From assembly GCA_963782915.1 (NCBI GenBank), contig CAWALK010000024.1, positions 32,001 through 96,000 of the forward strand: a DNA stretch of 64,000 bases. Reading direction: 5' to 3'. The notes below the pieces were generated by a model. It worked only from the letters and a program-made list of their open reading frames with translations. It ran no database searches and was not told where the DNA came from. Shown here piece after piece: positions 54,578 to 64,000 of the stretch. The position numbers were made by a program, and so were the translations under genes. This DNA comes from an uncultured archaeon. Lineage in GTDB: Archaea > Thermoproteota > Bathyarchaeia > Bathyarchaeales > Bathycorpusculaceae. Numbering within the stretch: position 1 is the stretch's first letter; each line of letters opens with the position of its first letter.

Positions 54578-56079
54578 CTTGGGTTGGCGCTGCACATTTT
54601 TTGAAGTTGGCAACGTATGCTTCTAGTGCGCCGTTTTTGGTGAGGTATTCGCCGTACCAGACTAGTGCTCTCATGGCGCGTGCTGCATCTTCAGGTGAAC
54701 CGAAGCTTGGGTACGCATAATCTGTCGAAGCGGCTGCGGGTGTAGAGTGCCATTTCTGTTTCGCCGATGTCAACCATAACGATGGGTTTGGTGTATTTTT
54801 CGCTCACTGCTGCGATGTCGTCGATGTATTTCTCTTTGAGGCCTGGCATATGGTGGAGTCCGAGTAGGATGATGCCGTAGGTGTCTTTGTCTTGGAACAT
54901 GATATCAGCTGACATGGTGAATTGGTCGTCGGTAACTGAACCTGTTAAGTCGACTGGGTTGTGTGTGGCTGCGATTTGCAGGATTAAACCTTGCTTTTTG
55001 AGTTCTTCGAATTTAGCGTCGGTTTCTGGGCAGAAGTGATCAGCAGTTAAACCCTGAGTTTCTAATTCGTCAACGGTCATGACTCCGGGTCCGCCTGCAT
55101 CAGTTAAGATGCCGATGTTTCGGCCGGTTGCTGGAGGCTGCATGGCTAAGGCTTTGCCGATGTCGAAGAATTCTTCCATGCTATGGGCACGGATAACTCC
55201 GCATTGCTCAAACGCTGCTTCGTACACTTTGTCGGAACCGGCGATGGCGCCTGTGTGGGATGCTGCTGCTCGTGCACCTGCGCTGCTGCGGCCTGACTTG
55301 ATAACGACTACGGGTTTTTTGAGGGTAACTTGCTTGGCGATTCTTATGAAGTCGCGTCCGCTTTTAACATCTTCGAGATAGACCAAGATGACTTTGGTTT
55401 CGTCGTCATGTTGGAGATAGTCGAGTATGTCGGATTCGCTGACGTCGGATTTGTTGCCGAATGATACGAATTTGGAGACACCCATCTGGCGACCGGTCAA
55501 ATAGTCCAGTGCTGCTGAACCGAAAGCGCCGCTTTGCGTAATCATGGCGATGCTTCCCGGCATAGGACGTGGAGTTGCAACGACTTCTTCGCCTGTGCTG
55601 AGGGTTTTCATTTCGGGTAGGAATAATGTGTCGACTCCGCTCTTGGAGTAGAAGACGCCTAAGCAGTTGGGGCCTAAAACGCGGATGTTGCCTTTTTTGG
55701 CGATAGCGATAACGTCATCTTCGAGTTCTTTGTTGCCGACTTCTTTGAAGCCAGCTGTGATTATGACTGCTGTCTTAACCTTCTTTGCGACAGCTTCCTC
55801 CATGACGGAGGCAACATATTTGGCCGGAACAATAATAACGATTAAGTCAATTTCGCTCTCAGGAACCTTAGTTAAACTTTCGAAGCATTTGAACCCTAAA
55901 ATGGAGTCTTCTCCGGGGTTAACTGGGTAGAGTTCGCCTTTGAAGACGCTTCGCTGCTTGTTTGTAGCTAAATTTTTAAATATGACGTAGCCAGCTTTGC
56001 CAACTTTTTTGGTTGCGCCGATGACTGCGACTGACTTTGGATTAAAGAACGCATCTATCCTTTGTAGTGATTCTTCCAT
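54564..56079 (-). CDS. acdA: Acetate--CoA ligase (ADP-forming) alpha subunit (C-terminal indel)
   Basis: PKSVAVIGA, GPNCLG, TQSGA, AASHTGA and NPVDLTG. Confidence 0.9.
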
Positions 56080-56182
56080 GTGTGATCCCTTGTGTTTCCG
56101 CATAAGGCTTGCAAGCCAATTTTTATGTCTTACTCTTCAAAAAGGCTTTTTTTAGCTAAATCACTAATAAATTTTTGTAGTA

Positions 56183-57034
56183 TCAACTTTTCTGTATGGT
56201 TTTTCTTACGATTACAAGCGGCTTATGCGCGACCCCGCTGAGCATCTCCCAAGTGACCAAATTTATGTCCACTTTAAAGCGGGCAGCCATATCCCACACC
56301 GTCGCCCCCGACCCAGGACCCCTCGCACGGTCAGCAATGTTAGTAATCGTCAAAGCCTCACCCGCAGAAAGCCTGCATCCCGCCACCGCCAGCGGCGTTG
56401 AGCTCCTTTTCAACCCAAACATCCTGCCTAGCACGTAAGTGAAGACGCCGCCGAAAGAATGTATACCCCTGAGCGGGTTGGGGCGTGGAGTGAAATAGAA
56501 GTTGCGGAACCTGTAGGTTTTGTCGGTGTCGGCGATAACTACACAGACGCTTTTGCCCAACTGTTTTTGGATCTGCTCTTGAATTTTCTGCGCTAATTCG
56601 TCCGCATTACTTAGCGGCAAACTAACAAAAGAATAAGCCAAATTGGAACCATCAATGCCCCCCTCCGAACCAAACAACAGCGCCCCCAAGAGCCCTGCAT
56701 ACTCCAACGCAACCTGCTTGTGTTTGCTTCCGGATTCTAAGGGGTATTCACGCAGGCGCTTCAGAAGCCGATGGCCAAAACCGCAGAGAAAACCAAGCGG
56801 ATACCCCCACATTTTACGCATCCAGAAATCTGCAATGAATCTGGCATTTCGGCTCGGCGCAACACAACTTTCATCAACAATTTTACCCGTCGCCACCGCC
56901 AACGCCTTCTCAGAAACCACAACAAAATCCCCATCCAAAACCCGCCCATCCAGCGCGCCCATTATTTTGTAGAGGTAAGCTTCGTTTGGTCTCCAGTAAC
57001 CGGTTGCAAGTGCCAAAGCAGAGTACTTAGTCAT
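56183..57034 (-). CDS. CofE-like (F420:gamma-glutamyl ligase family) protein
   Basis: VVSEK, GGID.SN, IADTD and IAD...G.G. Confidence 0.75.
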   Translation of the reverse strand: MTKYSALALATGYWRPNEAYLYKIMGALDGRVLDGDFVVVSEKALAVATGKIVDESCVAPSRNARFIADFWMRKMWGYPLGFLCGFGHRLLKRLREYPLESGSKHKQVALEYAGLLGALLFGSEGGIDGSNLAYSFVSLPLSNADELAQKIQEQIQKQLGKSVCVVIADTDKTYRFRNFYFTPRPNPLRGIHSFGGVFTYVLGRMFGLKRSSTPLAVAGCRLSAGEALTITNIADRARGPGSGATVWDMAARFKVDINLVTWEMLSGVAHKPLVIVRKTIQKS

Positions 57035-57084
57035 TCTGTGCCCGAATGCAAAAGCGAGCTTTCGCCTAATAAGAGTTAGTAATG

Positions 57085-58140
57085 CTAAAACAAGGCGTAT
57101 GGGAATCGTTGGTTGTTCTGGTATAGTTTACCTTTTATCGGAATTGCCTGTCCGCAGACGGGACAGTGCATATCGTCGGTTAGGTTCCATTGGGTAATGT
57201 CAAACGCATTGCGCCTAATAACAGCCGTATCACACGTAGGGCAATATGTGTTTTCAGCGGCGTGGCCCGGTACGTTACCGATGTAGACATAATGCAGACC
57301 CTGATTTTTGGCGGTCAACAGAGCCATCTCCATCTCTTTCACGCTGGTCGCGGGGGTAGCGGACATTTTGTATTCAGGATGGAACCGTAACAGGTGTAGT
57401 GGCGTGTCTTTGCCGAGGTTATCGTGTATCCAAGCGGCTAATTCTCTGATTCGATCCATTGAATCGCCTGTTTTGGGTACAACTAGGTTGGTGAGTTCTA
57501 TGTGGACGCCGCTGATTCTGAGTTCTTTTAGGCATTCAAAGATGGGTTTAACGTCCGGGACGCCCATGACGGATTTGTAGAAGTCTGGGTCAGCGCCGCC
57601 TTTGAAATCCACCGTCACTGCATCCAAGTAGGGCGCAATGGTTTTCACAGCTTCAGGCGTCATATAGCCATTGGTTACAAAAGTGTTGAATAACCCCGCT
57701 TCCTTCGCCAACTTTGCAGTGTCGTAAGCATACTCCATGAAGATTGTAGGTTCCGTATAGGTGTAGCTTATGCCTTGGCAACCCGCATTTTGGGCTGCTT
57801 TAATTATTTCTTCCGGAGGCAAGGGATTGCCTGGGGCTTCGTGATCTTGGCTTATCATCCAGTTGTCGCAGAATTGGCAGCGGAAGTTGCATCCGGCAGC
57901 CGCAACCGACATCACCAACGCGCCGGGGTTGAAGTGTGAGAGGGGTTTTTTGCCGATTGGGTCTACGCCTGCAGAGACGGCCTTGCCATAGTTTAGGGTG
58001 AAAAGCGTTCCGCCTTCGTTTTTGCGGACTAAACAGAAGCCTGGTGCTCCGTCACTGATTAAACAACGTCGTGCGCATAGGCAACATTTGACTTTGCCTT
58101 CTTCTTGGCGGGTGTAGAGCATGGCTTCATTAAGGGACAT
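57085..58140 (-). CDS. AmmeMemoRadiSam system radical SAM enzyme
   Basis: C..C...C, DPI.KKPL.HF.PG, GCNFRCQFCDNW.ISQ and YTYTEP. Confidence 0.92.
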   Translation of the reverse strand: MSLNEAMLYTRQEEGKVKCCLCARRCLISDGAPGFCLVRKNEGGTLFTLNYGKAVSAGVDPIGKKPLSHFNPGALVMSVAAAGCNFRCQFCDNWMISQDHEAPGNPLPPEEIIKAAQNAGCQGISYTYTEPTIFMEYAYDTAKLAKEAGLFNTFVTNGYMTPEAVKTIAPYLDAVTVDFKGGADPDFYKSVMGVPDVKPIFECLKELRISGVHIELTNLVVPKTGDSMDRIRELAAWIHDNLGKDTPLHLLRFHPEYKMSATPATSVKEMEMALLTAKNQGLHYVYIGNVPGHAAENTYCPTCDTAVIRRNAFDITQWNLTDDMHCPVCGQAIPIKGKLYQNNQRFPYALF

Positions 58141-58207
58141 AAATGATCACAAGAGAATAGAGCAGGTTTTGTTTAAAAGGATTAACTACAAGGGGCTACA
58201 CGTTATA

Positions 58208-58546
58208 TTATTCAGAATGCGTCATTAGATCCTGCACTTGTTTCTTCAGGTTAGGCAGGTCTTCTTTAACAGTCTTCCAGACCAACGGTAAATTTACACC
58301 GAAATATACGTGAATCAGTTTATCACGCATTCCAGCAATGTCTTTCCAATTTATCTCAGAACAGCCCTTCTTCAAGTCTGGGCTTAAGTTCTTGGTAGCT
58401 TCACCGATTACTTCCAATCCGCGAAGAACCGCATACTGTTTCTCCCTATTTTTAAGAAAATTCTCTTTTGATAGTCCTTGTATAAATTGCTCTATATCGC
58501 AAATTGTGTCCAAGATGTGTTTCAGGTAGATGGCGTTATTTTTCAT
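58208..58546 (-). CDS. HEPN (DUF86/HepT) RNase toxin
   Basis: IGEA and RDKLIHVY (Rx4HxY). Confidence 0.92.
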   Translation of the reverse strand: MKNNAIYLKHILDTICDIEQFIQGLSKENFLKNREKQYAVLRGLEVIGEATKNLSPDLKKGCSEINWKDIAGMRDKLIHVYFGVNLPLVWKTVKEDLPNLKKQVQDLMTHSE

Positions 58547-58862
58547 AGATAACGCACATCTCATTTTTCACATCATCAATTATGTAAGGATGCAAACTAC
58601 TGAATATTCCAAGGTCAACTTTGCGTTTGAAAATCTTACCTAACTCATTTTCTAGATGAATTAGGTCCAAAAGAGTTTTCTCCTTACTCGGATCGAATTC
58701 AATAGCAATATCAACATCGCTTCCTCTATGCTGCTCGCCTCTAACAAAAGAACCGAAAACTGCCAAAAAAATAACATCATTTTTACTGCAAATATCGGTG
58801 AGTTTTTTCTCTAAACCGCTTGTTCTTAGGGGTTTAGGCAGCTTTTTGATTTGGATTTCCAT
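58536..58862 (-). CDS. MNT nucleotidyltransferase antitoxin
   Basis: FGSFVRGEQHRGSDVD (GSx10DxD) and RKVDL; overlaps the HEPN gene. Confidence 0.92.
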   Translation of the reverse strand: MEIQIKKLPKPLRTSGLEKKLTDICSKNDVIFLAVFGSFVRGEQHRGSDVDIAIEFDPSKEKTLLDLIHLENELGKIFKRKVDLGIFSSLHPYIIDDVKNEMCVIYEK

Positions 58863-58927
58863 GGTTAGTCAATAGGTAATGTGGAGACATAAGCTTTTTC
58901 AAATTCAAATGAAAAAAGAAGCTCTTT

Positions 58928-59266
58928 TTAGAGCAGTTTGTTGTAGAAACAGCTGTATTCGCCTGTGTGGCACGCCGGACCCTTCTGCTCAACTACATAG
59001 AGTAGCGAGTCGTAGTCGCAGTCTGTGGATACGGAGATGACTTTTTGGGTGTTGCCGCTGGTTTCGCCTTTGACCCAGATTTCGTTGCGGCTTCGGCTCC
59101 AGTAAGTGGCTTTCTTGGTTTTTAGGGTAAGTTCTACTGCTTCTTTGTTGGCGAATGCCTGCATTAAGATCGCATTTGTTTTGGCGTCCTGCACTATGAC
59201 TGGGATAAGGCCGTTGCCCTTAGTGAAATCTAGCTTTGCGAGCAATTCGGTTTGATTGGTTGTCAT
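58928..59266 (-). CDS. hisI: Phosphoribosyl-AMP cyclohydrolase
   Basis: SRSR..W.KGETSG, DCD.D and ACHTG..SCF. Confidence 0.96.
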   Translation of the reverse strand: MTTNQTELLAKLDFTKGNGLIPVIVQDAKTNAILMQAFANKEAVELTLKTKKATYWSRSRNEIWVKGETSGNTQKVISVSTDCDYDSLLYVVEQKGPACHTGEYSCFYNKLL

Positions 59267-60066
59267 TGTCTTATAGTCACCCCCATCTTGCGCAAGTAAT
59301 CTTTAACGACTGGAACGGGGTACTGGTTGTAGTGGAATATGGAAGCTGCTAATGCGGCGTCGGCTTTGCCCTCTGTGAAGACGTCGTAGAGGTGTTTGGG
59401 TATGCCTGCGCCCCCGCTGGCGATGACGGGTACGTTGACGCGTTCGGATATGGCGCGGGTTAATTCGATGTCGTAGCCGTCTTTTGTGCCGTCACGGTCC
59501 ATTGAGGTGACTAAGAATTCGCCTGCTCCAAGCTTTTCAGCCTGCATTGCCCAAGCTACTGCGTCGATGCCTGTCGGTTTTCTGCCGCCATACGTGTTAA
59601 CTTCGAACCAAACCTTACCCTCGGCGGTGTCAAACATGAGTTTTCCGTCAGTTGGGGTGCGGTTGCGTTTCGCATCTATGGCGATTACGACGCATTGCCG
59701 ACCGAAAACGTCAGCTAACTCAGTAATAACTGGGGGATTTTCTATTGCGGCTGTGTTGACCGACACTTTATCCGCGCCGCTGCACAGGACGTTTCTTGCA
59801 TCTGACACAGAACGAATTCCTCCGCCGACAGTAAACGGTATACTGATAGCTTTGGCGACGCCTTCCACATATTGGCGCATAATATCGCGTTTCTCATGAG
59901 AAGCGGTGATGTCGAGGAAAACCAATTCGTCTGCGCCTTCGTCGCTGTAGCGCTTCGCCATTTCAACAGGGTCGCCTGCGTGTGTGAGTTGCAGGAAATT
60001 TATGCCCTTCACTACTTTTCCATGGTCAACGTCGAGGCAGGGTACGATTCTTTTTGCAAGCGGCAT
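59263..60066 (-). CDS. hisF: Imidazole glycerol phosphate synthase cyclase subunit
   Basis: [16 protein letters not shown] and [11 protein letters not shown]. Confidence 0.97.
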   Translation of the reverse strand: MPLAKRIVPCLDVDHGKVVKGINFLQLTHAGDPVEMAKRYSDEGADELVFLDITASHEKRDIMRQYVEGVAKAISIPFTVGGGIRSVSDARNVLCSGADKVSVNTAAIENPPVITELADVFGRQCVVIAIDAKRNRTPTDGKLMFDTAEGKVWFEVNTYGGRKPTGIDAVAWAMQAEKLGAGEFLVTSMDRDGTKDGYDIELTRAISERVNVPVIASGGAGIPKHLYDVFTEGKADAALAASIFHYNQYPVPVVKDYLRKMGVTIRQ

Positions 60067-60069
60067 ACT

Positions 60070-60804
60070 TTAGGCTCCTATCTTCGCTAAGGCTTCTTTT
60101 AGAGTGAATCGTCCTTCATATAGGGCTTTGCCGATGACTGCGCCTTCGCACCCGATTTCTTTAAGGGCTGCTAAGTCGCCGATGCTGCCGATTCCGCCTG
60201 CCGCGATGATTTTGGCGCCGGGGTACATGATTGCACTGCTTAGGGTTTGCAGGTCGGGTCCGTTTAGCATGCCGTCTTGGGCGATAGATGTAATTAGGAA
60301 AGTGTGGACGTCAAGCAGGCTATATTTTTCCAGTGCATGGTCGACTGTCATGGCGGTTTCTGTTTGCCAACCCTCAACCATAATGCGCCCTTCCTTGTTG
60401 TCTAAGGCGACTATGACGGAGTCGGGTCCGAATCGTTTTTGGATTTTTGTGATGACTGAGGGGTCGCTGAAGGCTAAGGAGCCTAAGATGACTTGGGCTA
60501 TGCCTGTTTTGAGAAGGTTCTCAGCGATTTCGTAGCTGCGGATTCCGCCTCCGACTTGAATGGGTAACGAAACGTTTTTTGCTACTTCAGCCATGACTGC
60601 ACGGTTGTCGCCGATGCTAAAGGCTGCGTCTAAATCGATTATGTGAAGTTTTCCTGCGCCCTCATCTCGCCAGCGTTCTGCGGCTTGGAGGGGGGTACCG
60701 AATTCTGTTTCGTAGCTTTTGGCGGTTTCTGCTTTGCCCTTCGTTAAGCGGACAATTTTGCCGCCCATAAGGTCTATTGCTGGAATAAGCTGCATCAGTA
60801 TCAC
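60070..60804 (-). CDS. hisA: ProFAR isomerase
   Basis: [14 protein letters not shown] and DGML.GP. Confidence 0.96.
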   Translation of the reverse strand: MILMQLIPAIDLMGGKIVRLTKGKAETAKSYETEFGTPLQAAERWRDEGAGKLHIIDLDAAFSIGDNRAVMAEVAKNVSLPIQVGGGIRSYEIAENLLKTGIAQVILGSLAFSDPSVITKIQKRFGPDSVIVALDNKEGRIMVEGWQTETAMTVDHALEKYSLLDVHTFLITSIAQDGMLNGPDLQTLSSAIMYPGAKIIAAGGIGSIGDLAALKEIGCEGAVIGKALYEGRFTLKEALAKIGA

Positions 60805-61408
60805 CTAACAACGAGGTTGGCGAAGTTCTTTAGGATTTTGAGTCCGACATCGCCTGATTTTTCGGGGTGGAACTGTGTGCCGTAGATGTTGTCTTTGGCG
60901 ACTGCTGAGGTGAAGGTGGTGCCGTACTCGGTTTTGGTAATGATGATAGCTTGGGTCTTTGGGCACGGGGTAGAGTGAGTGTACAAAGTAGACGTAGGTG
61001 CCCTCTTGGATGCCGTCGAGGAGTTCGTTGGGTTTGACGATGTTTAGTGTGTTCCATCCCATATGGGGCACTTTGACGGTTTTGGGGAGCGTTGCGACGT
61101 TGCCTTTGAAGAATGCTAAGCCAGCGCCGGGGCCTTCCTCGCTGGATTCAAAGAACAGCTGCATTCCGAGGCAGATACCAAGGAGTGGGGTGCCTTCCGA
61201 CACTTTAGTCTGCAATATTTCTTTTACAGTGTCGAGTTTGGTTCAAGTGCGGCGGTGAAGCTTCCGACACCAGGCAACGCAATCGCATCAGCTTTGCTAA
61301 ATCTGCGGCAGTGGTGCCGATTGTGACGGATAAACCCGCCTTCTCCAACGCGGTTTTGAGGCTAAGCAGGTTTCCTACGCCGTAATCAAAGATGACTGCG
61401 TTTGCCAT
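60801..61408 (-). CDS. hisH: Imidazole glycerol phosphate synthase glutaminase subunit (indels)
   Basis: [20 protein letters not shown] and QFHPEKS. Confidence 0.95.
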
Positions 61409-61987
61409 TTAGATGACGCCTTTGCTGCTGGGTACGCCTTTGCGTCGGGGGTCCATGGTGGCTGCTTGTCGAAGTGAGAGTGCGAGCGCCTTGGTGGCGG
61501 CTTCTGCTTTGTGGTGGTCGTTGCTGCCGTACTCGACGAAGATGTGTACGTTAGCATTGCAGGGCGGTTGGGTTAGGGATTCGAAGAAGTGCACTATGTC
61601 TTCGGTTGGCATTTCTTCTACTTTTTTGCCTCTGAGTTTGAGGTCGATTTTGAAGTAGGGACGTTTGACCAAGTCGACGGCGGCGAATGCGAGTGAGCAA
61701 TCCATGGGTGCGGCTGCGTTGCCAAAGCGTGTGATGCCTTCGCGTGTGCCCAGCGCTTTGTTTAGGGCTTCGCCTAAGCCGAGTGCGAGGTCTTCGACCA
61801 TGTGGTGGACGAAGTCACCTTTGACGGAGGCGTCTATGTCGATTAGGCTGTGTGTAGCCAGTGAGGTGAGCATGTGGTCTAGGAACGGCACGGATGTGGA
61901 GATGTCTGTTTTTCCTTCGCCGTCTAAGTTGACTTTGACTTTTACTTCGGTTTCTTTGGTTTTACGGTAAACCTCTTCGGTCCTCAT
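61409..61987 (-). CDS. hisB: Imidazoleglycerol-phosphate dehydratase
   Basis: R.TKET, FLDHML, HH..ED, HH.AEA and PSSKG. Confidence 0.96.
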   Translation of the reverse strand: MRTEEVYRKTKETEVKVKVNLDGEGKTDISTSVPFLDHMLTSLATHSLIDIDASVKGDFVHHMVEDLALGLGEALNKALGTREGITRFGNAAAPMDCSLAFAAVDLVKRPYFKIDLKLRGKKVEEMPTEDIVHFFESLTQPPCNANVHIFVEYGSNDHHKAEAATKALALSLRQAATMDPRRKGVPSSKGVI

Positions 61988-61988
61988 T

Positions 61989-63107
61989 TCAATCCCTCAT
62001 TATTTCCTTTAATGCTTCGATTAGTTTAGCGTTCATTTCAGGTAATCCGACAGTAACGCGGAAGCAGTTGTCGTATTGTAGCAGTTTGCCCCATTTCTTA
62101 AGCATAATACCCTTTTTGAGCAGCTTTGTGTAGACTTCGTCGGCCGGTTTCGCGGTGTTTATCAGTATGAAATCTGCCTGTGACGGAAACGCCTGGATAC
62201 CGTCTATTCCGTTTAGTGCATTTATGAATTTTCCCCGCTCAGCCACAAGCGCTCCGACAGCTGTACGCATGATATCCATGTTTTCGAGCATTTTGATGCC
62301 CATGCGAATCGTGAAACCCGACACCGGATAGGGCAACGGCGCTTTTTCGCGGATGACTCTGCATAACTCGGGGTTCGCAACTGCATAGCCCAACCGTAGC
62401 ATAGCTAATCCGAAAGCTTTGCTGAATGTTCGCAGGATAACCATGTTTGGGAACTCGCGGATGCGTGGCACGAAGCTGTAGTCGGCGAATTCGCCGTATG
62501 CTTCGTCGAGGATGACTATGCCTGGGAAGGCTTTGACTAGTTTTTCGACGTCTTCGGGTTTCATTTGGTTGGAGGTGGGGTTGTTTGGTGTGCAGAGGTA
62601 GAGCAGGCGAGTTTTCTCTGAAAACTCGGATAACATACCAGAGACGTCTAATTGGAAATCGCCTTTCAGTGGCACTGTGATGTATTCGCCCTCTTGACGC
62701 TTCACACAGAGCCGCGGAATGGCAAATGATGGCGCAAACGAGACTGCGACGTCGCCTTTTTCGATGAAGAGGCGGATTATGCGGTCGATTAATTCGTCGC
62801 CGGCGTTGCTAATCGCAAGGTAATCTGCGGGTACGCCGATGTAGCCGGTGAGTTTCTCTCGGAGTTTGGCTTCTTCGTCTTCGGGATACATGCGCAAATC
62901 GATTTCGTCGGCGAGCTGCTTCATCAAAGGTATCTGCTTGGAGCGGTCTACGAAGAGGTTCTCGTTAAAGTTCAGTTTAACAATTTTTGAGACGTCAACG
63001 CCCAGTTGCTCCGCTAAACCCTCCGGTGTAACGCCGGCGGAATAGCAGTCTATGGCGCCCAGTTTCTCCTGTTTTGCTTTGAACCATTTCTGGTAGGATT
63101 CGCTCAT
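61989..63107 (-). CDS. hisC: Histidinol-phosphate aminotransferase
   Basis: KLNFNEN, PNNPT, DEAY and RTFSKAFGLA. Confidence 0.95.
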   Translation of the reverse strand: MSESYQKWFKAKQEKLGAIDCYSAGVTPEGLAEQLGVDVSKIVKLNFNENLFVDRSKQIPLMKQLADEIDLRMYPEDEEAKLREKLTGYIGVPADYLAISNAGDELIDRIIRLFIEKGDVAVSFAPSFAIPRLCVKRQEGEYITVPLKGDFQLDVSGMLSEFSEKTRLLYLCTPNNPTSNQMKPEDVEKLVKAFPGIVILDEAYGEFADYSFVPRIREFPNMVILRTFSKAFGLAMLRLGYAVANPELCRVIREKAPLPYPVSGFTIRMGIKMLENMDIMRTAVGALVAERGKFINALNGIDGIQAFPSQADFILINTAKPADEVYTKLLKKGIMLKKWGKLLQYDNCFRVTVGLPEMNAKLIEALKEIMRD

Positions 63108-64000
63108 TTGGTAAACCTTGCCTCTATTGCTTTGTAGTGATTTGGAAGATTCTCCGTGTCAGTTAAGACTTTGACTTGGGCTTTGACTTTTTCGAGACCT
63201 TCGCGTGAGCACTCGGCGATGCTGACTCGGCGCATGTAATCAATAGCAGATAATCCCGAGAAAGCCTTTGCAAACCCGCCTGTGGGTAAAACATGGTTGG
63301 TTCCGCTGGCGTAGTCGCTTAGCGGCACGGGGCTGTATTGTCCGATGAGGATTAGGCCTGCGACGAGTTTGTCTGCTAACAATTTGGCGTCGTTTGCCAT
63401 AACTTCGAGGTGTTCGGCGGCGAATTGGTTGGTTAATGCAACTGCTTCATCCATGGTTTCGCAGGTGATTATGAAGCCGTATTTGGTTAGTGACTCGGAG
63501 ATTTTGTCGGCTCTTGGAGCGGCTGCAGTGATTTTGCCGAGTTGCGCTTGCACTTGGACTGCGAGTTTGTCGGATGTTGTGATTAATGCGGCGACACTGT
63601 CGGTTCCGTGCTCTGCCTGCGAGATCATGTCGTAGGCGATTAAGCGTGCATCTGCGTATTGGTCGGCGAGGATTAGTACTTCGCTTGGGCCGGCAGGCAT
63701 GTCGATTGCTACGTCTTGGGAGGCAAGGACTTTTGCCATGGTGACGTATTTGCTGCCGGGTCCGACGATTTTGCGCACAGGCTTTATGGTTTCTGTGCCG
63801 TATGCGAGTGCGGCTATGGCTTGGGCTCCGCCGACTTTGTAGACTTCATTGACTCCGCAGATGTCAGCGGCGACAAGAACCAGCGGGTTAACTTTTCCTT
63901 CTGCATCGGAGGGGGAGCAGACAACTATGCGCGGTACGCCTGCAATTTTGGCTGGAACGGCCGTCATTACGACTGTGCTCGGATAAGCGGCTTGGCCGCC
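63104..64000 (-). CDS. hisD: Histidinol dehydrogenase (5'-partial)
   Basis: GGAQAIAALAYG, DMPAGPSE, SQAEH and GTNHVLPT. Confidence 0.97.
   Translation of the reverse strand, partial: GGQAAYPSTVVMTAVPAKIAGVPRIVVCSPSDAEGKVNPLVLVAADICGVNEVYKVGGAQAIAALAYGTETIKPVRKIVGPGSKYVTMAKVLASQDVAIDMPAGPSEVLILADQYADARLIAYDMISQAEHGTDSVAALITTSDKLAVQVQAQLGKITAAAPRADKISESLTKYGFIITCETMDEAVALTNQFAAEHLEVMANDAKLLADKLVAGLILIGQYSPVPLSDYASGTNHVLPTGGFAKAFSGLSAIDYMRRVSIAECSREGLEKVKAQVKVLTDTENLPNHYKAIEARFTK

Noticed and set aside
1-64000. Widespread frameshifts (fen, rtcA, ilvE, thrS, crcB, hflX, tfe, ino1, hisH and others) as pseudogenes or programmed recoding
   Set aside because: They hit essential genes at scattered positions, catalytic motifs are intact and I saw no shared slippery motif. 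Uncorrected long-read indels are the simplest explanation; read polishing would confirm.

Overview
Archaeal chromosomal window, most consistent with Bathyarchaeia (TACK). The basis is archaeal-type FEN1, ThrRS and ProRS, the NAC/MBF1/HflX/aTrm56/TFE cluster, an arcadin-1-like gene, and many PQQ-propeller and NosD surface proteins paired with TrmB regulators. Core content includes glmS, trm5, rtcA, proS, thrS, ilvE, ino1, ribK, ADP-forming acetate-CoA ligase alpha, hisDCBHAFI, tRNA-Val(UAC), a fluoride riboswitch ahead of crcB and an MNT-HEPN toxin-antitoxin pair. About 20 genes, including essential ones, are split by indels, which looks like uncorrected sequencing error rather than pseudogenisation. 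The most notable unexplained signals are non-coding. (1) A dispersed intergenic repeat family (C/A-rich block, GTTG..CAAC hairpin with a TATAGGGG-like loop, and a G-string module) occurs at about 6 loci, usually beside accessory or surface genes, and shows compensatory stem changes. (2) A ~130-nt multi-stem, pseudoknot-capable candidate RNA lies upstream of rtcA. (3) A ~100-nt hairpin candidate RNA lies upstream of pfkB. All alignments and pairings were made by eye; no searches or folding programs were run.
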